A model generated the notes under the pieces. The model made no database searches. It saw only the letters and a list, made by a program, of their open reading frames with translations, and had not been told where the DNA came from. Positions 18,397 to 26,158 of a DNA stretch of 28,426 bases are shown here, piece after piece (position 1 is the stretch's first letter; each line of letters begins with the position of its first letter). The stretch comes from a virus (lineage: Duplodnaviria > Heunggongvirae > Uroviricota > Caudoviricetes). The translations under genes were made by a program, and so were the position numbers. Location of the stretch: the IMG/VR virus record IMGVR_UViG_2913123054_000008; one strand, 5' to 3'.

Positions 18397-19443
18397 ATGG
18401 GTAAACAAAAATCCCGTAAAGCCAACGCACAAAAGGCCAGCAAACCACAACAACTGACCGCCAGCGCACCGCCAAAAACGACAGCGTTCACCTTCGGCGA
18501 GCCGGTGCCGGTACTCGATAAGCGCGACATTCTGGATTACGTCGAGTGCATCAGTAACGGCAAATGGTACGAGCCGCCGGTCAGCTTCTCAGGGCTGGCA
18601 AAGAGCCTGCGCTCTGCCGTGCATCACAGCTCGCCAATTTATGTTAAGCGTAACGTGCTCGCGAGCACCTACATTCCGCACCCGTTGTTATCCCGTCAGG
18701 ATTTCAGCCGCTTTGCGCTCGATTATCTGGTGTTCGGTAACGCCTTTCTTGAGCAGCGCCACAGCGTCACCGGCCAGTTAATCAAACTGCTGGCCTCGCC
18801 AGCCAAATATACCCGACGCGGAGTCGACGATTCGATTTTCTGGTTTGTGGAAAACTTCACCCAGCCGCACGAGTTCGCGCCTGATACCGTGTTTCACCTG
18901 CTGGAGCCCGACATTAATCAGGAGATTTACGGTCTGCCGGAATATCTCAGCGCGCTTAATTCCGCTTGGCTGAATGAATCCGCGACGCTGTTCCGCCGCA
19001 AGTATTATCAGAACGGCGCGCACGCAGGCTACATCATGTATGTGACTGACCCGGCGCAAAGTGCGACCGACGTCGAATCGCTGCGCGAGGCGATGCGTAA
19101 CTCGAAGGGACTCGGCAACTTTAAGAACCTGTTTTTCTACGCCCCCGGCGGAAAACCGGACGGCATCAAAATCGTGCCACTGAGCGAGGTCGCCACAAAG
19201 GATGACTTTTTCAACATTAAGAAAGCCAGCGCCGCCGACCTGATGGACGCGCACCGCGTGCCGTTCCAGCTCATGGGCGGCAAGCCCGAGAATATCGGTT
19301 CACTCGGTGACGTTGAGAAGGTGGCAAAGGTATTTGTGCGTAATGAGCTGTCACCCCTGCAGGATAGGTTCAGGGAGGTAAACGACTGGCTCGGTATGGA
19401 GGTCATCAGGTTCAAAGAGTACACACTCGACAACTTGGAATAA
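18397..19443 (+). CDS. Q: portal protein Q
   Basis: 348 aa; starts 1 nt after the P stop; followed by a terminator and the cos region as in P2. Confidence 0.9.
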   Translation: MGKQKSRKANAQKASKPQQLTASAPPKTTAFTFGEPVPVLDKRDILDYVECISNGKWYEPPVSFSGLAKSLRSAVHHSSPIYVKRNVLASTYIPHPLLSRQDFSRFALDYLVFGNAFLEQRHSVTGQLIKLLASPAKYTRRGVDDSIFWFVENFTQPHEFAPDTVFHLLEPDINQEIYGLPEYLSALNSAWLNESATLFRRKYYQNGAHAGYIMYVTDPAQSATDVESLREAMRNSKGLGNFKNLFFYAPGGKPDGIKIVPLSEVATKDDFFNIKKASAADLMDAHRVPFQLMGGKPENIGSLGDVEKVAKVFVRNELSPLQDRFREVNDWLGMEVIRFKEYTLDNLE

Positions 19444-19452
19444 TCACCTTTT

Positions 19453-19478
19453 AAGCCGCCATTTTGGCGGCTTTTGCT
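19453..19478 (+). terminator. rho-independent terminator after Q
   Basis: Perfect 8 bp stem aagccgcc / ggcggctt with loop atttt, followed by a T-run (ttttgctat). Confidence 0.6.
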
Positions 19479-19481
19479 ATG

Positions 19482-19706
19482 TTAGCCTTTAGACTTTTTA
19501 GGATCATCTTTTCTCTGATAAGTGCGTTCTTCCTGAATTTTCCCATCTTCCTTGTGAATTTTGACCGAACCTGTTTTGTTCGACATAAACTCAGATGTTG
19601 TTTTAATCAGCTCGGCCTTTGTGGTCGCGGTCTTGCTAGGGCGGTCATTGCCCTCTTTTTGCAACTTCCACTTATCGCCATCTTTTGTAATATGATAGTT
19701 ATCCAT
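19482..19706 (-). CDS. small hypothetical protein (DUF2188-like moron between Q and cos)
   Basis: 74 aa from MDNYHITKDGDKWKLQKEGNDRPSK... with a GGAGG RBS; low-GC; the motif pattern (DGxW, KEG, HxxDGKIQ) recalls DUF2188-type small proteins from memory only. Confidence 0.5.
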   Translation of the reverse strand: MDNYHITKDGDKWKLQKEGNDRPSKTATTKAELIKTTSEFMSNKTGSVKIHKEDGKIQEERTYQRKDDPKKSKG

Positions 19707-19910
19707 TAAAGCCTCCAACTGTTGTGGGGAACATAAAGTCTCAATATGGATATTAGCCAAAGCGAAACCGTAAAATTGTGCAACTGATCCCATCCTTTAG
19801 CACCACGCCACAGACGCACCATGCGCCCACGATCACACCCGGCCACTACAGCGCCGTCACGACGTTCTCAGACGATAATTTTTAATAATACGCACCACCG
19901 CTGGCGCGCA

Positions 19911-19929
19911 ATGCTTTCCCCGCCACGCC
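19911..19929. other. cos site (19 nt cohesive-end sequence, P2/186 type)
   Basis: The reverse complement of 19911-19929 reads GGCGTGGCGGGGAAAGCAT, which matches my recollection of the 186 cohesive end and differs at two positions from P2; it sits where cos is expected, just past the Q 3' end. Confidence 0.6.
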
Positions 19930-20253
19930 TGCCCGCTTTATGGAGCGGTTTTAATGCAGTTGCATGACTACTCTGGATCCGCTTCAGCTCTGGCGGCGCA
20001 CGGCCAGAACGGGCAATCCCGGCGCATGCAAAACCATGCACCTGTTGCATGCACGACTAAAAAACGGGGTAATCGCGGAAAAATGGCATAAAAAAATCGG
20101 CATTCACGGTGCCGGTTTGGGGCTGGTTTTATCACGATTACTGGCGCGCAATGCGCCAATAACACTATTGAGGCACATGCTGGCAACAATCACCAGAAAA
20201 ATCGTCGTCCACGGATTTTCATAACAAGAGATAACATATTGATATAGATCCTT

Positions 20254-20445
20254 TTATTTGTGCATTCTGATGTGGTTTAACAAGTGTTTGATAACGACCG
20301 TAAGCTCATCTTTATTGGCTTGCTCGACCATTTTTTCGGTGTAGCTTTCCACCTCACGAGAACTCAGGTCGTTATTTGAAGCCATTACAGTCAGCTTTTT
20401 TGCCCAATCGGCAAACGGGTCTATTGATGAAAGGGAATTAAGCAT
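20254..20445 (-). CDS. small hypothetical protein, divergent from the 143 aa cargo gene (start uncertain)
   Basis: Open frame with helical/charged composition (…SREVESYTEKMVEQANKDELTVVIKHLLNHIRMHK); candidate starts at 20445 (GAGG RBS, 63 aa) or 20385 (43 aa). The 20445 start overlaps the ATG of the opposing gene. Confidence 0.3.
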   Translation of the reverse strand: MLNSLSSIDPFADWAKKLTVMASNNDLSSREVESYTEKMVEQANKDELTVVIKHLLNHIRMHK

Positions 20446-20875
20446 GTCCAAAAACCTCGAATTATTTAACCAGCAGACGGCGGAAATCTTTGCGGTGTTA
20501 TGGGATAACTTCCCGGTGCCACAGGTCATTACCTACGAAAAATTTAACGCCGCGCTACCTGATGACTACTTTGACCAACTTAACTCACCGGAAATGAAAG
20601 CACTGAATCAGTTGCGCAGTGTGGTTGAGGGTACATTCACTTTTCTCAGTGAAAACGGCTACATCCAGTACGGAACAGACCACCAGACCTATTTTTATGA
20701 TGTGCGCCTGACCGAGAAAGCACTCGCCGTGCTTAACAAAAAGCCCGAGGCGCTCGGCGGTAATGAAACAATGGGCGATAAGATTATCAGTGCAGTGAAA
20801 GACGGGACGCCGGGAGTGATTGCCGGTGCGGTGACAAACCTGCTTACCCTCGGTGTCAATCTGGTAACCAGCTAA
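20444..20875 (+). CDS. hypothetical cargo protein, 143 aa, with a C-terminal glycine-zipper-like hydrophobic helix
   Basis: Clean ORF with an AAGGGA RBS-like element; low-GC relative to the core; C-terminus GTPGVIAGAVTNLLTLGVNLV contains a GxxxG pattern; no family recognised. Confidence 0.55.
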   Translation: MSKNLELFNQQTAEIFAVLWDNFPVPQVITYEKFNAALPDDYFDQLNSPEMKALNQLRSVVEGTFTFLSENGYIQYGTDHQTYFYDVRLTEKALAVLNKKPEALGGNETMGDKIISAVKDGTPGVIAGAVTNLLTLGVNLVTS

Positions 20876-20942
20876 CGCCTCGCGGGGCTCGTTGTTCAAC
20901 CCCGTCAGCACTGAAAGCGAGTTTCAGCGCTGACGACGTTTG

Positions 20943-21152
20943 CTATCGTCGACGTGGTGGAGGTGCGTATTTTGTCGGTCTGCTGATGCTATCCAGCTTG
21001 CCGCAATTATCCCTGACTATTTCGGCACACCCGACCAGCTCGGTGGGTGTCAAATTCTCATTGACCATTATCTGCTGCAGGCGATGAACGATAGCCATTA
21101 ACTTAATATTTCTGGTCTGGTGCTGCGGTATTTCACCTGGTAGTCGATGCAT
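20943..21152 (-). CDS. small hypothetical protein (69 aa)
   Basis: ORF with a good RBS (GAGGG, about 7 nt spacer) before the ATG; lies between two copies of a covarying hairpin repeat. Confidence 0.4.
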   Translation of the reverse strand: MHRLPGEIPQHQTRNIKLMAIVHRLQQIMVNENLTPTELVGCAEIVRDNCGKLDSISRPTKYAPPPRRR

Positions 21153-21351
21153 ATTATCACCCTCAATGAATTTTAATCAGTGCCGTCAAAACGCCACTAT
21201 AAAACCCTCTCAGGTCATGTCTCATTCATCACTGGCGTGTCATCAATAGCACATTGAGAAATTTTGAAAGGCAGGACTAAAGCCTCGTGGTCTCGTTACT
21301 CAACCCCGTCGACGCAAAAAGCTGGTTTTTGCGCCAACACGGTTATCATGT

Positions 21352-21582
21352 TTAACGCCAGCTATCGTCTTCCCAAATCTCTTGTAATATGCCGCTTAAT
21401 GTTTCTTTGTCTGCTTCTTTATCGAATCCGATAACCTCTACACCAGTCATTGACCCTTTCTTGACGTTAACTTTTATTGCTGGAAAAACGCATTGTACTC
21501 GATGTGTTATTTCATTCTGAAAAGCATCAATGATCTGTTGCCCTAATTTTTGTTCTTTATCCAACGTGATATTGATTCTCAT
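21352..21582 (-). CDS. dinI: DinI-family protein (DNA-damage-inducible protein I-like)
   Basis: 76 aa; MRINITLDKEQKLGQQIIDAFQNEITHRVQCVFP...VIGFDKEADKETLSGILQEIWEDDSW aligns by eye with E. coli DinI along its length; downstream of an SOS box. Confidence 0.8.
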   Translation of the reverse strand: MRINITLDKEQKLGQQIIDAFQNEITHRVQCVFPAIKVNVKKGSMTGVEVIGFDKEADKETLSGILQEIWEDDSWR

Positions 21583-21585
21583 AAT

Positions 21586-21768
21586 CTAATCAGCCTTATA
21601 AAAATTATCATCTTCGGTTTCGTTATTCTCGCTGTTTGCTAGGTCTGCAATGAGAGTGAGCGCGAGCTTTAAGTCTGATGGCTTGCAGTTTGCAATCAGA
21701 GATACCTCGGCAATAAATTGCACACAAGCCCACTTTTGCTGCGTTCGGCTGAAATGTTCGTCAACCAT
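21586..21768 (-). CDS. small protein, first gene of the SOS-controlled operon (possible Tum antirepressor N-terminal part)
   Basis: 60 aa ORF with a near-perfect RBS (GGAGGG) and a LexA box just upstream; ends with TAG in the same frame as, and 3 nt before, the dinI-like ATG. Confidence 0.5.
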   Translation of the reverse strand: MVDEHFSRTQQKWACVQFIAEVSLIANCKPSDLKLALTLIADLANSENNETEDDNFYKAD

Positions 21769-21787
21769 GGAATCCCTCCTACAGGGT

Positions 21788-21807
21788 TACTGTATGTTTA
21801 TACAGTA
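21788..21807. promoter_or_regulatory. LexA (SOS) box upstream of the 60 aa / dinI-like operon
   Basis: TACTGTATGTTTATACAGTA contains CTGT-N8-ACAG and matches the enterobacterial SOS-box consensus TACTGTATATATATACAGTA at 18 of 20 positions; it overlaps a TATAAA -10-like hexamer on the coding strand. Confidence 0.75.
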
Positions 21808-21881
21808 GCACGTATTGGTAAAAGATGGGAAGAAAAAAAACGAATAGGGCGATTGTCGTATGTACATGATATGGATATAAA

Positions 21882-24104
21882 TTACTCTGATATTGGTTTT
21901 GATGCTTCAGCTATCGCAGCAACACGATTAAGGATTTTCCTGGCTTTAGCCTCATGCGATGGTGCTGTGGAAAATATTTCTCCTTTGGCCGTTCCGCGTA
22001 GCCATTTACCATCAAAACAACTTTTACCACCGGCCATCAGGTGCAGAGCTTCGCCCCGGCTGATATTAATGCCGGTTGTCAAATGTATCTCTTCGATAGT
22101 TTTCGCTATAGCTGCGTTTTGCTCATCCGTTCCGTGGACGAATTTTCGCCGTGCTGCTGGCTTTTGCTTCCTGAGTCGGTTGGTCAACTCTCGTCTTTCA
22201 CGCCGACTCAGTGGTTTTGTTAAATCCAGTATCGGTGGATCGCTTTCGCTTCCCGTACAGTTATTGACAGAACTCCGAGGGACGGCTTTGCCGTCCTGAA
22301 GGTCAACGGCCAAATCAACAGCACGCTTCGGAACAATCTTCCACTGAGTGAGCCGGGTTAAAATCGGACTCCCTGCACCTATGGAGGAATCGTAGACTCC
22401 CTTAATACATACCGTTTCCTCACCGTACTGATTAAGCTCGGTACGCGGTTCATACAGTGTGCGCACCTGTAAATCATCGCGACGGACAAACGGCCCACCC
22501 TGAGCATTAACATAACCAGCCCAGTCACCAGCGTCGGCGGCATCATGGACGGCGGCAAACTCAACGCTCAGTCCGTGCGCGGTTTCGGTATCAGCGAGGC
22601 GACGCAACTCACGGTAAACCGTCACCGGCGCACCACCGATAAACTGAAACTGACGGATGTGCCAGCGCGCAGCCCATGCTGAAACGGCGGGGGCTGTCTC
22701 TTTCAGTAGCTCACCGCTTTCATCATCGGTTTCACCATCGAGAGCATAACCGTCGATATTTTTTGAAATGTATTTAGCAACATAGCCTGTTGCGCTGCCT
22801 TTCTCCGGGTCAATGGACTCGGCGTGGAAACGTGCTTTTTTGGATTTATCGCTTTTCAGTTCGTGGCGGTCTTCTTTCCATGCGTATTTACGGACGATGG
22901 AGCGAACATATTCAACATCTTCCGGCAGCATGAACATCAGCATGTGCCAGTGTGGAGTGCCGTCGTGATGAGGCTCGGCGACACGAATACCGAAAATACG
23001 GACATCTTCCCGATGTAGTTTGGCACGGATACGCGCCCAGATACCGGTTAGATAGTTTTGCGTGTCAGCCGGGCTGGCACCGCTCCATTTGCTGTTACGG
23101 TAACCGGCTTTAGTCGTGGCGTGATATTTTGACGGCGCGGTTAGAGTGTAAAACTCACCGACATAACCGAGCTCATTACAGATGTTTTCAAACCCACGAA
23201 TGCGGGTCATGAGCTCACAGCGGCGAATCGCAGGGTTAGCAACTGAGCCATCATATTTTTCAATCAGGCTGATACGGTTGCCGTCTTCGTCTTCGAGATC
23301 CAGACCTTTGAGAAATTCACGAGTGCGGCGCTTTTGTTCACGCCAGTCAGTCACGCAGTTTTTACTCGCGTAAGTGTTTTTTTTCTTACTGACGTTGCCG
23401 ACTGCAATTTGCAGGTGTTCGCGCCACGTAGCTGCAACACGGCGCAAACGACCGCGCCACCACCCATCGTTAAACATTTTGGCGATAGCCGGTGCGATTT
23501 CATCCGCACCGACATATTTTTTTTCAACCCGCTCCCAATGTGGTGGGATAACGTTAAATTGGAGGGAAATAAAGCCAGCACGAATATACCAGGTGTACAG
23601 CGTTTTAAGCTCGCCGAATCCGTGGTCATTAATGTTGGCAAGTTCACCACGAATGAAATTAGCAATATCAGCGGCCAACAGGTCAACATCAGCGCGCGAC
23701 ATATCCGGGAGACGGTTATATCGGGCGACCATATTAACCATGCGTGACGACAGATATTGCATTTGCTGAGTATCAAAATGACTTCCAAAAACAGCGGTTG
23801 ATACCTTGCTGTTGATACCAGCGCATTCGTATTTTTTTGCGACCAGTTCAAGACGCGGCAATGCCTTTTTGCAGAAGTTGATTAAAAATGCATTGGCTCG
23901 TTGACTACCCTGATTTTGCTCCAGCACCGCAGCAGTGCGATAAACATCTAACCGCACGCAGTCGGGCTGGAGAGAAAGCACCTTTTTTGCATGCAGCAAA
24001 GCCGCGAACATACGGTCGCGGCGATGCTGTTGCTCATAAGTAAGGTATGGGCTGGAGATTGCCGACCGTGGGACGTTCCACGGATAAGCGAATTGAACAG
24101 CCAA
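21882..24104 (-). CDS. A: replication initiation protein A (rolling-circle endonuclease, gpA-like)
   Basis: 740 aa; contains TLTAPSKYH, HHDGTPHWHM and AKYISKNIDGYALDG motifs recalled from P2 gpA; last gene of the early operon. Confidence 0.9.
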   Translation of the reverse strand: MAVQFAYPWNVPRSAISSPYLTYEQQHRRDRMFAALLHAKKVLSLQPDCVRLDVYRTAAVLEQNQGSQRANAFLINFCKKALPRLELVAKKYECAGINSKVSTAVFGSHFDTQQMQYLSSRMVNMVARYNRLPDMSRADVDLLAADIANFIRGELANINDHGFGELKTLYTWYIRAGFISLQFNVIPPHWERVEKKYVGADEIAPAIAKMFNDGWWRGRLRRVAATWREHLQIAVGNVSKKKNTYASKNCVTDWREQKRRTREFLKGLDLEDEDGNRISLIEKYDGSVANPAIRRCELMTRIRGFENICNELGYVGEFYTLTAPSKYHATTKAGYRNSKWSGASPADTQNYLTGIWARIRAKLHREDVRIFGIRVAEPHHDGTPHWHMLMFMLPEDVEYVRSIVRKYAWKEDRHELKSDKSKKARFHAESIDPEKGSATGYVAKYISKNIDGYALDGETDDESGELLKETAPAVSAWAARWHIRQFQFIGGAPVTVYRELRRLADTETAHGLSVEFAAVHDAADAGDWAGYVNAQGGPFVRRDDLQVRTLYEPRTELNQYGEETVCIKGVYDSSIGAGSPILTRLTQWKIVPKRAVDLAVDLQDGKAVPRSSVNNCTGSESDPPILDLTKPLSRRERRELTNRLRKQKPAARRKFVHGTDEQNAAIAKTIEEIHLTTGINISRGEALHLMAGGKSCFDGKWLRGTAKGEIFSTAPSHEAKARKILNRVAAIAEASKPISE

Positions 24105-24105
24105 T

Positions 24106-24327
24106 TTATACCCCCCGATAGTGTTTGTTTTTTAGCTCTGCTATTTGCTGGCAGGTTACGCAAAAAGCCACGCCCGGAATCGCAATGCGGCGAGCTTCCG
24201 GGATTGGTGTGTCACATTCCTCGCAAAGAAAACGGGAAGGTGCAGCGATACGGGTGCGTGCGTTGCTGATGTGGCGTTCGCGGTCTTCCTGCTCGCGCAG
24301 TTGTGCTAAATCCATTGCGTCGGCCAT
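24106..24327 (-). CDS. TraR/DksA-type C4 zinc-finger protein (P2 orf82-like)
   Basis: 73 aa with CEEC...CVTC spacing typical of TraR/DksA zinc fingers; immediately upstream of A as in P2. Confidence 0.7.
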   Translation of the reverse strand: MADAMDLAQLREQEDRERHISNARTRIAAPSRFLCEECDTPIPEARRIAIPGVAFCVTCQQIAELKNKHYRGV

Positions 24328-24554
24328 TAGTGCAGCTCCTGTGATTCATTCTCAAAGCGGGTTGCTTCACGGCGCAGCAGTTCGGCAGCTTCGGTGCCGC
24401 TCATACCCTCTCTGGTAATATGGATAGCCAGCGCCTCAAGGCGGATGGAAACAGCGAGCGCGCGGTCTTTACGCTCTTCTTTTTTTGCATCGGTCAGCAA
24501 TACGGCCAGCGCATTGCTATCAGTGTTAAAACTACGGATTTCGGTATTACGCAT
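24327..24554 (-). CDS. hypothetical early protein
   Basis: 75 aa ORF translationally coupled to the zinc-finger gene; AGGAGAG RBS; no family recognised. Confidence 0.5.
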   Translation of the reverse strand: MRNTEIRSFNTDSNALAVLLTDAKKEERKDRALAVSIRLEALAIHITREGMSGTEAAELLRREATRFENESQELH

Positions 24555-24621
24555 AATTAACTCTCCTGATTTCGGGCAATAAGATGCCCGGCGGGTTTAC
24601 GCCATTAAATTTCTGTTTGGA

Positions 24622-24960
24622 TTAATTCGGCATGGTTAGCCGTTTGGGAAATAAGCTCACTACTGCACGAAAATGATTCATCGCTGTAATAAGCGCCTTT
24701 TTCTCGTCAGTAGTCAGCTCACTTAATTCGAGTTCATGACGAGCCGCCGGTATTTTTGCCAGAAAGAAAATAGCGGCCAGCGCCCGATTATTTTCTTCAA
24801 ATTGTGGGTCACGTTTATCGCGCATATCATCGACAAAACGTTCAACCTCTTTCCAGCTATCGCCCCAATATCTCGCGCGCAATTCGGCAACATGATTGAG
24901 ACCGGCCAGACGTTCACCCGCTTTTAGCGGAACAGTCGCGGAAACAGCTTCGATAGCCAT
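24622..24960 (-). CDS. hypothetical early protein
   Basis: 112 aa ORF in the early operon between cII-like and A; G-rich SD-like element upstream; no family recognised. Confidence 0.5.
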   Translation of the reverse strand: MAIEAVSATVPLKAGERLAGLNHVAELRARYWGDSWKEVERFVDDMRDKRDPQFEENNRALAAIFFLAKIPAARHELELSELTTDEKKALITAMNHFRAVVSLFPKRLTMPN

Positions 24961-25131
24961 GATCCCCCCCGCTTTTGAGTAGAGAGGCCAGCCAGTAAAT
25001 CAGCCTGCGAGTGGCTCGGGTGCCAGCGCTTGCCGTCCTTACCTGCGATCCAGCCGTGGCCGTAGTGCATGCCAGGGCTTTGCTTAACGAGCAGAGATGC
25101 GAATGACGGTTCACTTTTCAGCATACGCACC

Positions 25132-25641
25132 TCAAATCAGACCAAACGATGCGCCAATACCGCTCATGGTATCGACCACGCTCGACATAGCTGGATTAGT
25201 CTGCAGACGTGCATGCAGCGCCAGAGCCGACAATGACAACATGCGAATGCCGGAGTTAACGCTTTCAATCATGTTGTGCTTACGGGCAATGGTCAGACGT
25301 TCATCAGATACCGCGCCGCTCGCCAGTTCGCCGAGTTCACGCATTGCGCGCATGACATAAGACTGCAATTTGTCTTTAGCCAACTCATTAACCGGCACGC
25401 ATGGTAGGCAGTGAATCTGCGCTAAAAAACCATCAATGAGGGTTGAGTCTTCGGTCAGGTCAGTCAGCAGCCACAATTCAGGCGGCGTGAACTGGTGAGG
25501 CTGTTCCGGATTGAGCTTGTTACGTAACGTTTGAACGTTCATACCTGCACGCTCGGCCAGCTTCGCCATGTTGTGACGCTGTGCGAAAATGCGGCATGCT
25601 TCGTCATAGTGGGGATGTTTGGAAACCTGAAAATCAAACAT
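25132..25641 (-). CDS. cII: CII-type regulatory protein (186 CII / CP76 family)
   Basis: Start at MFDFQVSKHPHYDEACRIFAQRHNMAKLAERAGMNVQTLRNKLNPEQ... gives 169 aa with a GAGGG RBS; the N-terminal motif matches my recollection of the phage CP76/CII family; position after apl as in 186. Confidence 0.7.
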   Translation of the reverse strand: MFDFQVSKHPHYDEACRIFAQRHNMAKLAERAGMNVQTLRNKLNPEQPHQFTPPELWLLTDLTEDSTLIDGFLAQIHCLPCVPVNELAKDKLQSYVMRAMRELGELASGAVSDERLTIARKHNMIESVNSGIRMLSLSALALHARLQTNPAMSSVVDTMSGIGASFGLI

Positions 25642-25673
25642 GGTTAAATTCCCTCTAACTTGCATAATCAAAT

Positions 25674-26045
25674 TCAGTTAAGAGCGGTGCGCTGGTCGAT
25701 GTAGCGACAATCAATCGCTTGTTGAGTCAGCTTATCGCGCCATGCTTTTACATTTACGAGGGTTCGGCTTCGTTTAGCAGCTTCCTCTTTGTTGGAAAAG
25801 TCTTTGGTCGGAGCTTTGAGAAGGACTCCCTCATCGAGCCATTGCCAGACCAGACGCTCGCTAACACCGCGAGTAGCGGCGAAGTCTTTCACAGTCATCG
25901 TGTCTGACATAGCGGAGCGAATCATTGTCTGTAGAGCTGGCAGCATGGCGGTAACGATGGCATCAAACTGTGTTGGATCTAGCAGCACAGTTTGATTTTG
26001 TGAGTTTTGCGAGTCGTGCGTCGAGATTGATTTTGCATCTGACAT
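25674..26045 (-). CDS. Apl/Cox-like excisionase-type HTH regulator (first gene of the early lytic operon)
   Basis: ORF with a strong RBS (AGGAGA) at the 26045 start; HTH-like segment VKDFAATRGVSERLVWQWLDEG; divergent from the repressor gene. Several internal Met codons make the true start uncertain. Confidence 0.55.
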   Translation of the reverse strand: MSDAKSISTHDSQNSQNQTVLLDPTQFDAIVTAMLPALQTMIRSAMSDTMTVKDFAATRGVSERLVWQWLDEGVLLKAPTKDFSNKEEAAKRSRTLVNVKAWRDKLTQQAIDCRYIDQRTALN

Positions 26046-26158
26046 ATCGCATTATCTCCTGTTGTTTGAAATGTAGTGCAGTGGTGTGCATCTTGGTCGA
26101 TGAGCACCAATATAGATCGCTAAATTTTGGTTGTAAACAAAATTCTTGTTGGTGTCAT
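26046..26158. promoter_or_regulatory. immunity switch region between the apl-like and cI genes (lytic/lysogenic promoters and operators expected)
   Basis: 113 bp AT-rich intergenic region between divergent regulators; contains short inverted repeats (e.g. TTGGT-N8-ACCAA). Individual promoters are not resolved by eye. Confidence 0.4.

Noticed and set aside
18778-19254. 158 aa minus-strand ORF inside portal gene Q
   Set aside because: Antisense to Q.
19964-20224. 86 aa plus and 73 aa minus ORFs just past cos
   Set aside because: Mutually overlapping on opposite strands with no RBS and unconvincing translations; the region more likely holds packaging and regulatory DNA.
20585-20911. 108 aa minus-strand ORF overlapping the 143 aa cargo gene
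   Set aside because: Entirely antisense to the better-supported plus-strand ORF, which has an RBS and coherent composition; no RBS of its own.
21718-22299. 193 aa plus-strand ORF spanning the SOS promoter and the 3' end of gene A
   Set aside because: Overlaps the LexA box/promoter and is antisense to A; implausible as a gene.
24924-25130. 68 aa ORF between the cII-like gene and the 112 aa early gene (and the alternative-frame 66 aa ORF 24914..25114)
   Set aside because: Overlaps the start of the 112 aa gene, has basic low-complexity composition, and the two competing frames cannot be discriminated by eye; left uncalled, though a small gene in this 170 bp gap is possible.
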